Of a stretch of 64,000 bases of DNA, positions 50,247-58,914 are shown piece after piece (the first letter of the stretch is position 1; every line of letters starts with the position of its first letter). The stretch covers positions 32,001 through 96,000 of the forward strand of contig CAVTBR010000003.1 in the NCBI GenBank assembly GCA_963733055.1. Reading direction: 5' to 3'. Under the pieces are notes generated by a model that was not told the origin of the DNA, searched no databases, and was given only the letters and a program-made list of their open reading frames with translations. A program made the position numbers and the translations under genes. Source of the stretch: Candidatus Bathyarchaeota archaeon. Lineage in GTDB: Archaea > Thermoproteota > Bathyarchaeia > 40CM-2-53-6.

Positions 50247-53108
50247 CTGCAACAACTCAACGTCTTCGACGAACTCGCCAAACCATTACGCGACGCCATA
50301 GTTGAACGTGGGTTCGCGTCCCCGACAAACCCACAGCTCCGGGCCATTCCCGAAATCCTAGCAGGTAAAAACGTCCTTCTGATCTCGCCAACTGCTTCCG
50401 GAAAGACGGAGGCAGCCGTTCTTCCAGTTCTCAGCAAGTACATCGCCGACCGTGGCGAGGACCGTGGGATCAAGATTCTGTACATCACTCCGCTGCGGGC
50501 CCTGAACCGAGACATGTTGGAACGGTTTGAATGGTGGGGAAAGCGACTCGACGTGCGGATTGCAGTTAGACACGGCGATACGGACGTTAAGGAACGGAGT
50601 TTTCAAGCAAAGAACCCGCCCGACATGCTAATCATAACACCTGAGACACTTCAAGCAATATTGACTGGGAGGGTGATGAAGCGTCATTTACAATCTGTGA
50701 GATATCTAATCATCGATGAAGTTCATGAATTAGCGGAGGATAAGCGGGGCACCCAACTTACAATAGCAATTGAGCGGCTAAGAGGTGCCGCCAATCATGA
50801 CTTTCAAATGATCGGTCTATCTGCAACCATTGGCTCCCCAGAGAAAGTTGCAAAATTCCTAGTTGGAAACGGCAGGGAAGCTACCATCATTCAAGTTCCC
50901 GTCGGACGAGAAATCCGCCTCAACGTGATCTGCCCCAAACCTACACCAAAAGATACCGCCCTGGCTTCGAGGTTATTTACACACCCGGAAGTCGCGGCAC
51001 GTCTAAGCATTATGCGCAAAATGATCGAGGACCATCGTTCCGTCATATTGTTCACGAACACACGTTCCATAGCCGAAATTCTTGCCAGTCGTATGAAGGT
51101 TTGGGACGTGGATTTCCCTGTCTCAATCCACCATGGCTCCCTAGCAAAACCCTCTAGGATTAGCGCTGAGCGCGGCCTGAAGGGGGGGCAACTTCGAGGA
51201 CTCGTAGCAACTTCTTCCCTTGAACTTGGAATTGATGTTGGAAGCGTGGACTTTGTAATTCAATACATGAGCCCGAGACAGGTCACTCGATTAATTCAAA
51301 GGGTGGGAAGAAGCGGGCACAGAATTGGCAGAGTTGCCGACGGAGTAATCGTTGCACTCGATTCGGATGATACCCTCGAATCTATGGTCATCGCCAGACG
51401 TGCTCTTGCCGAAGAGTTGGAGCCCGTTTCCATCCCAGAGAAACCCCTCGACGTCCTTGCCCATCAACTGGTAGGGTTGCTGATTCAGAAGGGTAGGTGG
51501 TACCTTAACGAAATCATGGAACTCGTGACTAAGGCCTACCCGTACAAGGACCTGACAGAACAGGAACTGCTTGGGGTGATTAACTACATGCACTCCCGTT
51601 TTCCCCGTCTAGCCTGGTATTCAGACTTGGACAAGGTTATGCTTCGACCTAGGAGAATCAACTCCCTTTACACATACTACTTCGGAAAGCTCTCGATGAT
51701 TCCGGACGAAAAACAGTACCTGATCATAGACGAATCGGACGATCAAGCTGTCGGTGTACTCGACGAGGCTTTCGTGGCCGAATACGGCGAACCTGGCCGA
51801 AAATTCATCGTTCGCGGGAGTCCTTGGAAAATGACAAGCATTCGAGGGGACAAAATCTACGTGAAACAAATCCGAGATCCGACGGGCTCGATTCCAAGCT
51901 GGATAGGCGAAGAAATCCCCGTCCCTTATGAGATTGGTCAGGAAGTCGGCTCAATAAGACGGAGGGCAGAGGAATCAATTCGAGTTAACGGAGGGGATAG
52001 TGAACTAATCGAGGAACTATGCGCTGATTACCCGATCAACGCTGAGACCATGCGCCGATCCCTAAGCGAAACCCTCGAACAGATATCACTCGGAATCAGC
52101 GTCCCAACGGATAGGCGTGTAATAGTCGAGGACTGGGACGACTTTGTCATCATACACGCACACTTCGGGCTGTTAGTAAACAGAACACTCGCTCGATTAG
52201 TGGGACACTTGCTCTCGGAAGAGATCGGCGTCACAATCGGAGTACAACAGGATCCCTACCGAATATTGATACAGACATCGGGCTCCGCAGGAGCAACTAA
52301 GGTCGCGGATACTTTGAGGCAGCTTGGGAAAATGGAGATCCAGAACTTAGTCCTTGAATCGACCAAGAAAACAGGTCTCTTCAAACGACGCTTAATTCAT
52401 GTGGCCAAACGGTTTGGCGCAATAACGAAATGGGTTCAGACCGGAAGCGTGAACCTTCGCCAGCTAATGAAGAGCTTCGAAGGAACAGTCATCATGGATG
52501 AAGCTTTCAAGGAAACTTTAGAGAAGGACCTTGACGTCGCCAACACTGTCAGGGTTCTTCAACAGATAGGCAACAACCTGGAGCTGCTAGTGGCCCCTCA
52601 GTCACCCGACGCTAGCCCAATCGCCCGGATCGGGATTGAGAGAATAAGCAGAAAGACAGACCTAATCCCACCTGAGAAGATGAGGCGGATTCTCATCGAG
52701 TCAACGAAGGTGAGAATCCTTAACGAATTTCGGACATTGGCATGCCCGAAATGTTTTGTCTACGCACAGATACAACGAGTGAAGGACATGCCAGACGACT
52801 TCACATGCCCAGAGTGCAAAAAAGCCTGTCTCGGAATCACGGCTGAACTACCGGAAGCAATTGAAAAAATACACCTCAAGAAAACACACAAACTGTCTGA
52901 ACGAGAAGGGAGAATTGTCGAAGACCTCAAAGGAAGTGCCCTGCTGCTACGGAAATACCGTAAAGTTGCAGCTTATGTGATGGCCGGTAGAAGAATTCGC
53001 CCTTCTGAGGCGAGAGTGGTACTCAGGCGAACCGCAAAGGTTTCGGACCGGCTCTTTGAGGGGATTATGGAAGCGGAAAGGAAGGTGCTGCGACGCCGCT
53101 TTGTATAA
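50247..53108 (+). CDS. lhr: Lhr-type SF2 helicase with C-terminal Zn ribbon (non-canonical start)
   Basis: Q motif and SPTASGKT lie in frame upstream of called ATG; DEVH, SAT, HHGSL, SSLELGID, QRVGRSGH; CPKC...CPEC. Confidence 0.9.
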   Translation: MQQLNVFDELAKPLRDAIVERGFASPTNPQLRAIPEILAGKNVLLISPTASGKTEAAVLPVLSKYIADRGEDRGIKILYITPLRALNRDMLERFEWWGKRLDVRIAVRHGDTDVKERSFQAKNPPDMLIITPETLQAILTGRVMKRHLQSVRYLIIDEVHELAEDKRGTQLTIAIERLRGAANHDFQMIGLSATIGSPEKVAKFLVGNGREATIIQVPVGREIRLNVICPKPTPKDTALASRLFTHPEVAARLSIMRKMIEDHRSVILFTNTRSIAEILASRMKVWDVDFPVSIHHGSLAKPSRISAERGLKGGQLRGLVATSSLELGIDVGSVDFVIQYMSPRQVTRLIQRVGRSGHRIGRVADGVIVALDSDDTLESMVIARRALAEELEPVSIPEKPLDVLAHQLVGLLIQKGRWYLNEIMELVTKAYPYKDLTEQELLGVINYMHSRFPRLAWYSDLDKVMLRPRRINSLYTYYFGKLSMIPDEKQYLIIDESDDQAVGVLDEAFVAEYGEPGRKFIVRGSPWKMTSIRGDKIYVKQIRDPTGSIPSWIGEEIPVPYEIGQEVGSIRRRAEESIRVNGGDSELIEELCADYPINAETMRRSLSETLEQISLGISVPTDRRVIVEDWDDFVIIHAHFGLLVNRTLARLVGHLLSEEIGVTIGVQQDPYRILIQTSGSAGATKVADTLRQLGKMEIQNLVLESTKKTGLFKRRLIHVAKRFGAITKWVQTGSVNLRQLMKSFEGTVIMDEAFKETLEKDLDVANTVRVLQQIGNNLELLVAPQSPDASPIARIGIERISRKTDLIPPEKMRRILIESTKVRILNEFRTLACPKCFVYAQIQRVKDMPDDFTCPECKKACLGITAELPEAIEKIHLKKTHKLSEREGRIVEDLKGSALLLRKYRKVAAYVMAGRRIRPSEARVVLRRTAKVSDRLFEGIMEAERKVLRRRFV

Positions 53109-53155
53109 GCAGAGACTCCGGAAGCACGATTAAGCTCTGAAGAGCACTGAATCAT

Positions 53156-53214
53156 GGGCGATGACGAAAGCTGGTATTGGAGATCCTGTGATCGAAGAAA
53201 CCAGACCTGAGCCC
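53156..53214 (+). ncRNA. Box C/D guide sRNA, predicted 16S rRNA helix 18 targets
   Basis: GGGC/GCCC stem, C ATGACGA 53161-67, 12-nt guide, D' GAGA, C' GTGATCG, 12-nt guide, D CTGA 53207-10. Confidence 0.8.
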
Positions 53215-53267
53215 TGATTATCATGCTAAGCGCGTCTGTCGAAACGGAGATCCGAACAGCTATTGAG

Positions 53268-53660
53268 TCAGCAGAGTTCCCGGTGCCTCTCCCAGCGGCT
53301 CAAGCTTATGAAACCTAGATGACGGTAGAACTCCTCAGTTCCCTCGAACGGTATAACATAGATCATGCACTCGGGGTAATTTTCCATGACTTTCTGTAGT
53401 AACCCGGAACCAACACCCTCGTTCTTGCGTGATGGGGCTACTTCAAGGAGCATTATCCTCAACTCGAATCGACTCCACCTACCAAGAATACTGATCCCGA
53501 CTAAGGTGTTCGCCTGAACAGCAATCCAATATTCGTGGCCCACGCCCAACACATTGAATTTCTCACCCTCTCCAGAAATCGGCAGTCCCTCTCCAAACTT
53601 GAGTCTCGAAACATCGCTAAGGGTACCGTTACGACATTCGATTGAGAGGGACATGGTCAA
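53268..53660 (-). CDS. GNAT-family acetyltransferase
   Basis: LEVAPSRKNEGVGSGLL and FYRHLGF motifs. Confidence 0.75.
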   Translation of the reverse strand: MTMSLSIECRNGTLSDVSRLKFGEGLPISGEGEKFNVLGVGHEYWIAVQANTLVGISILGRWSRFELRIMLLEVAPSRKNEGVGSGLLQKVMENYPECMIYVIPFEGTEEFYRHLGFISLSRWERHRELC

Positions 53661-53771
53661 CGAGGAAGCTTACCGAAGCACCAAAAAGGTTTAAGTTAGG
53701 TTAAGCCAATCGGCCGTTTGTCAACCGCGGCAACACGCATGCGAGCTTGGCGTCAAGGAAAATGATATTCG

Positions 53772-54506
53772 ATGGGTAAACAAATTCGGGTTCAGCGCCG
53801 AGGCAGGGGAGGCTCCAATTTCAGAGCCCACACCTTTAGGCGCATTGCGCCCACTAGATTCCCGGTGGTCAAGACGACTGACCCATCGCTGAGGGGAACT
53901 GTAAGGGAGATTATGCATGAGCCCGCGCGCGGCGCTCCACTTGCGCTTATAGAATTCACCGATGGGACATCTTGCTGCCTCCCCGCAACGGAAGGGTTGT
54001 TCATTAATCAAGGCATCATCGTCGGACGCGACGCGTCCCCTGATGTCGGAAACGTACTTCACCTAGGTCGCATTCCTGAAGGGACCCTCATCTCTAGTGT
54101 AGAGCTTCACCCCGGCGACGGCGGTCGCCTAGCCAAGTCGTCAGGCACCTATTGCCTCGTTGTTTCTCACACCCCACAGGGTACGGAACTACGGCTTCCC
54201 TCTGGCAAATCGCTGTACATGAACGACAAGTGTCGAGCAATGGTGGGAGTTGTTGCCGGGGCGGGAAGGATTGAGAAACCATTCCTAAAAGCCGGAACGG
54301 TATGGAAATTAATGCGAACCCGCGGCCGATTCTGGCCAATGGTTAGTGGGCAGAAGATGATTTCGGCCTCACATCCGCACGGCGGGGGCCGACACAAGCA
54401 TTCTGGCAAGCCAACGACTGTAGGTCGCAATACTCCGCCTGGAAGGAAAGTAGGAATGATCGCAGCCCGTCAGACTGGGCGTGCCAAACGTGCAATAAGA
54501 ACCTAA
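53772..54506 (+). CDS. rpl2: 50S ribosomal protein uL2
   Basis: QRRGRG, HEPAR.AP, PGDGG, HPHGGG, PPGRKVG. Confidence 0.97.
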   Translation: MGKQIRVQRRGRGGSNFRAHTFRRIAPTRFPVVKTTDPSLRGTVREIMHEPARGAPLALIEFTDGTSCCLPATEGLFINQGIIVGRDASPDVGNVLHLGRIPEGTLISSVELHPGDGGRLAKSSGTYCLVVSHTPQGTELRLPSGKSLYMNDKCRAMVGVVAGAGRIEKPFLKAGTVWKLMRTRGRFWPMVSGQKMISASHPHGGGRHKHSGKPTTVGRNTPPGRKVGMIAARQTGRAKRAIRT

Positions 54507-54524
54507 GCAGAGTTGAGATGAAAC

Positions 54525-54917
54525 TTGACGCTTACCGATCCTTTGTCAAATGCCTTGAACACAATATACAACAACGAGAGACGTCACAAACGCGAGTGTA
54601 TTGTCTGGCCAGCTTCAAAACTCATGGGCCAGGTACTGCGAGTGATGCAGAAAAACGGATACATTGGGGAATTCGAATTTATCGACGACGGCCGTGCTGG
54701 AAAATACAGAATTCAGCTTCTTGGCCGAGTGAATAAGTGCGGAGTAATCAAGCCGCGCTACGCGATGAGAATCCCAGAGATCGAGCGATGGGAGGAGCGT
54801 TATCTTCCATCTCGCGAAGTTGGCGTTTTGATCGTGAGCACACCTAAGGGTGTTGTTTCGCACGGCGACGCTAGGACAGCTAAGACTGGTGGGCGTCTCT
54901 TGGCCTACGTATTCTGA
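54525..54917 (+). CDS. rps8: 30S ribosomal protein uS8
   Basis: DPLSNAL, GYIGEFE, NKCGVIKPR, YLP, GG.LLAYV. Confidence 0.97.
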   Translation: MTLTDPLSNALNTIYNNERRHKRECIVWPASKLMGQVLRVMQKNGYIGEFEFIDDGRAGKYRIQLLGRVNKCGVIKPRYAMRIPEIERWEERYLPSREVGVLIVSTPKGVVSHGDARTAKTGGRLLAYVF

Positions 54918-54996
54918 CATCGTGACTTTGGAAACCCTTTATTTCGCATTTGTGGGTTGCGTATAGTTTAGGTAAGTGAAAGAGAGCTAGAGAAAA

Positions 54997-55596
54997 ATGG
55001 CTAAGGGCCCCCAATACAATCTTCCATTCAGACGCCGGCGTGAGGGTAGGACTAACTACGGAAAACGTAGGAAGCTTGTCACATCCGGCATGACTAGACT
55101 CGTGGTACGCCCCTCAAACAAACATATCGCAGCTCAATTGGTGCGAGCACAGGCGGATGGAGATCGAATACTTGCGAGCGCACATTCGTCCGAATTGAAA
55201 GAATTTGGCTGGAAGGCCCCGTGTGGCAATTTACCTGCCGCGTATCTGACAGGACTGTTGGCTGGGCAAAGAGCCAAGTCGAGCGGAGTATCTGAGGCCA
55301 TTTTAGACATCGGGCTTCACGCAAGGGGCCCCGGTTCCCGATTATTCGCAGTCGCAAAGGGCGCGGTTGAAGCGGGGCTAAGCGTACCACATGAGGAAAA
55401 AGTATTCCCAAGCAAAGAACGTGTACAAGGGAAACATGTCGTTGATTACTCGAAAAAGCTAGGTTCAGACATCGAGCGCTACAAGAAGACCTTCTCAACA
55501 TACCTGAAACAGAAGTTGAAACCTGAAGACCTGACTACCCACTTCGAACAGGTCCAAGCCAAAATGAAAGGAAAACCGGAGGCCCCCAGTAATTGA
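54997..55596 (+). CDS. rpl18: 50S ribosomal protein uL18
   Basis: RRRREG.TNY..R, RLVVR, GNLPAAYLTG, AILDIG. Confidence 0.97.
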   Translation: MAKGPQYNLPFRRRREGRTNYGKRRKLVTSGMTRLVVRPSNKHIAAQLVRAQADGDRILASAHSSELKEFGWKAPCGNLPAAYLTGLLAGQRAKSSGVSEAILDIGLHARGPGSRLFAVAKGAVEAGLSVPHEEKVFPSKERVQGKHVVDYSKKLGSDIERYKKTFSTYLKQKLKPEDLTTHFEQVQAKMKGKPEAPSN

Positions 55597-56222
55597 GCAC
55601 AACCGGGAAAAGAAAAGCAAAGCCGAAGGTTGCACGCAAAACAGCGACAAAACCCCGTGCGGCGAAGAAGCATGTGCCGGCAACCAAGAAGTCAATAGAG
55701 ACTCCATCGCTGCCGCCCGCAAAGAAGGAGAGTTTAGCGCCTGAGAAGTCTTACCTACTAGTGATTAGGCTCAAGGGAGAATTCGGAACCCCATGGGACC
55801 TTGGAACAGCCTTGACGACCCTACATCTGAAAGGAAAATTCAACGCGGTCCTAGTCGAAAATAAACCTGAAAATATTGGAATGCTCAGAAAAGTGAAAGA
55901 CTACGTCACGTGGGGCGACGTCAGCGCGAACGATGTTGCGATGTTGCTCAAGGAGAGAGGCGAGTTCACGGGAGGCTCTCCCATGACGGATGAGACGATT
56001 AAGAAAAAATTCGGCGAACCGACAGTCCAAGATTTGGCGTCCGCCTTGATTAATGGTCGAATTGACCTGCGAACTCTACGGCAAGGAGGACTGAGCCCAG
56101 TGTTTAGGCTGCATCCACCTTCGGGAGGGTTTGATGGAACCATAAAACGACCATACACCAGCCGGGGCGAACTGGGAAACCGAGGACCGACAATGAAAGA
56201 CCTGCTCGACCGAATGATGTGA
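55593..56222 (+). CDS. rpl30: 50S ribosomal protein uL30 with basic N-terminal extension
   Basis: GML.KVKDYVTWG, FRLHPP.GG, GELG.R. Confidence 0.94.
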   Translation: MSTTGKRKAKPKVARKTATKPRAAKKHVPATKKSIETPSLPPAKKESLAPEKSYLLVIRLKGEFGTPWDLGTALTTLHLKGKFNAVLVENKPENIGMLRKVKDYVTWGDVSANDVAMLLKERGEFTGGSPMTDETIKKKFGEPTVQDLASALINGRIDLRTLRQGGLSPVFRLHPPSGGFDGTIKRPYTSRGELGNRGPTMKDLLDRMM

Positions 56223-56275
56223 ATCCCTAGTTCGCAGGCACTCTCTAAAGAATTCTCAATGATCCTTGACCTGAC

Positions 56276-57040
56276 TTGGTCCACCCTCCTTTAAGGTCAA
56301 TTCCAATTCGTTTCCCAATCGTGGCGCCCGGTCAACGCCTGAGCTCTATCGTATCAACGTCCCTAGAGAGTTCGGGACTGGCACTACAACATAGAGATGT
56401 CGTTGCCGTCGCTAGCAAAGTAGTTTCTACTTGTGAAGGACGAATCGTCAAGCTCCGGGACGTGCGGGTGTCGCCCAAGGCGATGAGAATGGCCCGCAAG
56501 TGGAACATGAATCGACACCTGACCGCGGTCGTATTGAGTGAGGCCGATGAAGTCCTCGGCGGTGTTCCTGGATTTCTGCTAACGATAAAGAACGGAACTT
56601 TGACACCCAACGCGGGTGTAGACCTTAAGAACTCCCCCGTCGGTACGGCAACTCTCTGGCCACTCGATCCAGATAAATCGGCCCAACAGCTGCGGTCAGG
56701 TCTGGAACGTAGGTATCGCACGAGAATTGGGGTCGAAATTGTGGACAGTCACCTAACGCCCTTGCGGTTAGGAACAGTCGGTTTAGCCATTGGGGTTTCC
56801 GGATTCCTTCCAATCCTCGATAATCGCACAAGAACAGACTTGTTCGGACGGACCATCAAGGTTACCCAGACGAACTTGGCAGACGATTTAGCGGCTATGG
56901 CTCACATGCTGATGGGCGAAGGAGCTGAGCGGGTAGGCGCTGTGTTGATCCGCGGTGCGCGGGTGGCGTTGAACAGTTCAGGCGGCAGCAAATCCGCTAA
57001 GTTGAATCAGAATAAATGCCTGATTGGTAGCAAATTATGA
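56276..57040 (+). CDS. cofE: CofE-family F420-0:glutamate ligase-like protein
   Basis: VASKVVS..EG, NAGVD..N, P.DPD.SA, PLR.G, DLFG, MGE. Confidence 0.75.
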   Translation: MVHPPLRSIPIRFPIVAPGQRLSSIVSTSLESSGLALQHRDVVAVASKVVSTCEGRIVKLRDVRVSPKAMRMARKWNMNRHLTAVVLSEADEVLGGVPGFLLTIKNGTLTPNAGVDLKNSPVGTATLWPLDPDKSAQQLRSGLERRYRTRIGVEIVDSHLTPLRLGTVGLAIGVSGFLPILDNRTRTDLFGRTIKVTQTNLADDLAAMAHMLMGEGAERVGAVLIRGARVALNSSGGSKSAKLNQNKCLIGSKL

Positions 57041-57090
57041 GGTACGTACTGGATCGATGGGCCTGGTCGTAGAAGAGTTTGGAAGAGGTC

Positions 57091-58845
57091 TTAGATGTCT
57101 GAGGGAAGGTGTTTCTCCGGAGCTCTGCCCGCAAAGCGGTATAGCTTGCGCTCGCCATCAGAATCAATGACAGTAGTGATCAATTTCGAGTCCCTTAGTC
57201 TCTTTAGATGGTAATGGACGATTTGCTGGCTTAACCCCAAATCTTTCGCGAGTTGCGCCTCCCATATTCCCGGGTGTTCAAGCACCCAGAGCATAATTCG
57301 GGTACGCAGGGTATCAATTGAGCCGCCTTCAGTTGGTTTAACGTAGAATCTGCGAGTCAACCCGTCGCGGAATGATGATATTGAGCCGGCCTTCTCTAAC
57401 TCTATCAACCTCAGCATCCCAATTCTGTCCTTCTCACTGGAGCGGTTGATCTCGCCTGCGTTGAGCCCCGGCTTTCGCGCCAAGAGACGGACAACTTCTT
57501 GACCCGTGGTATTTCGCTTTCTTGCGTGCGAGGCAATCGAGACCGCAGAACAAACCGAGAGCCATTTGTAACGGCCTTCTTCAATCCAAGCGGATCCAGC
57601 AACTCCGACGCTGCTCGCAAGAACAATCGCGGCGACCCACTCGAGTGGGTTATTTTGATTGGACGGGGTGACTACCTTAACCAGTCCATTCTGAGAAACT
57701 CCGTACAAGCTTCCGTCGTCTAATATTGTGGCGGCGATCAAGGGTACACGAACCACTCCATTCCCGGTCTGTACAATGTCGCCTCCAATGTTCATTCGAA
57801 TGTAACTCACATTTGTGGTGGGAGGTGTTGTGGTGGCCGTCGGTTGAAGGTTTAGAGAGGGTCCGTACCAGACAACGTACAAATTATCCTGGGAGTCCGT
57901 CGAAATTGCAAGGTACTTTGACTGTCCAGCCGTATAATTCAGTTGTTTAAGGTATACAAGTTGGCCCCTCGCGGATATTTGGGAGACGTATACTGATTCG
58001 TTCGACGTCTGTGTTTGCCATACGACGAAGGCTCCGTCTTGGCCTGATAATGGTGTGATTGACACATCACGCAGAGTGTCCTCAAAACGCGCAACCTGCA
58101 GCCTTGTTAGGAGCGTTCCGTTCGATCCAAGCTTCGCGTAGTTGACTGTCGAACCGAGTTGGCCATTGGTCTGACTCTCTCCCCAAGCCAACTGCAGATG
58201 TCTGGAAGAATTATCGAAGACGACTCTAGCTTCCGGAGGAAATGCGTTTACTTGGTTGTACGCCGCGATGGGTTCGAATTGCGTAAATGTGTTAGATGAT
58301 ATCCAGCCGTATTCGACAATTGCACGTGCTGTGTTTGGGTTGTATTCGGTCCAGGTCATGTAAATTGTCCCATTATTGTCAGGTGCCAACGAGGGCCACA
58401 TTATCAGCGATCTACGGGTGATGAGAGTCTGGATCTTCTGAAGAGATGTTGAGTTGAAGTGTAGAATGTATAAGTCCGAGGACAAATTGGGCGAAGAGGT
58501 GATCTCATCCGCCCAAACAATGATTGCGTTATTGCGATTGTCTACAGCCAAGTCGGCTGATTGAACAGTAGTACTATTCGTGATCCTAGTGGGTGGGACA
58601 GCATCAGTCCCGTTTGGACTGTATTTACTGTACCATATACCCGGCCCAGCGAGTGAGTTGTTGAGTGCTGGAACGAGCCACAGCACATGGACGTTTCCCT
58701 TCGTATCCTGGAAGACTTTTGTGTGCCAGTCGCTCGAAGCAGCTGCTCCTGAGTTCCTTGGGTAGCCCTGCGCTCCGACGGCGACCGGAGCTGAGGCTAG
58801 CAGAGCAAACGTTAACGCAAGTAGGGCGACGAACGCTCTCGGCAT
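57091..58845 (-). CDS. Membrane-spanning protein: signal peptide, extracellular beta-propeller, TM, tandem wHTH
   Basis: Repeating hydrophobic-W blade motifs (VHVLW, AIIVW, IYMTW, LQLAW, AFVVW, LYVVW); C-terminal HPGIWEAQLAKDLGLSQQIVHYHL. Confidence 0.75.
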   Translation of the reverse strand: MPRAFVALLALTFALLASAPVAVGAQGYPRNSGAAASSDWHTKVFQDTKGNVHVLWLVPALNNSLAGPGIWYSKYSPNGTDAVPPTRITNSTTVQSADLAVDNRNNAIIVWADEITSSPNLSSDLYILHFNSTSLQKIQTLITRRSLIMWPSLAPDNNGTIYMTWTEYNPNTARAIVEYGWISSNTFTQFEPIAAYNQVNAFPPEARVVFDNSSRHLQLAWGESQTNGQLGSTVNYAKLGSNGTLLTRLQVARFEDTLRDVSITPLSGQDGAFVVWQTQTSNESVYVSQISARGQLVYLKQLNYTAGQSKYLAISTDSQDNLYVVWYGPSLNLQPTATTTPPTTNVSYIRMNIGGDIVQTGNGVVRVPLIAATILDDGSLYGVSQNGLVKVVTPSNQNNPLEWVAAIVLASSVGVAGSAWIEEGRYKWLSVCSAVSIASHARKRNTTGQEVVRLLARKPGLNAGEINRSSEKDRIGMLRLIELEKAGSISSFRDGLTRRFYVKPTEGGSIDTLRTRIMLWVLEHPGIWEAQLAKDLGLSQQIVHYHLKRLRDSKLITTVIDSDGERKLYRFAGRAPEKHLPSDI

Positions 58846-58914
58846 CTGGACAGCTCATCATTATTCGTATAAGCCTCGCATTAAGAACGTGTCGTTTCAT
58901 GCGTGCACGTGTAT

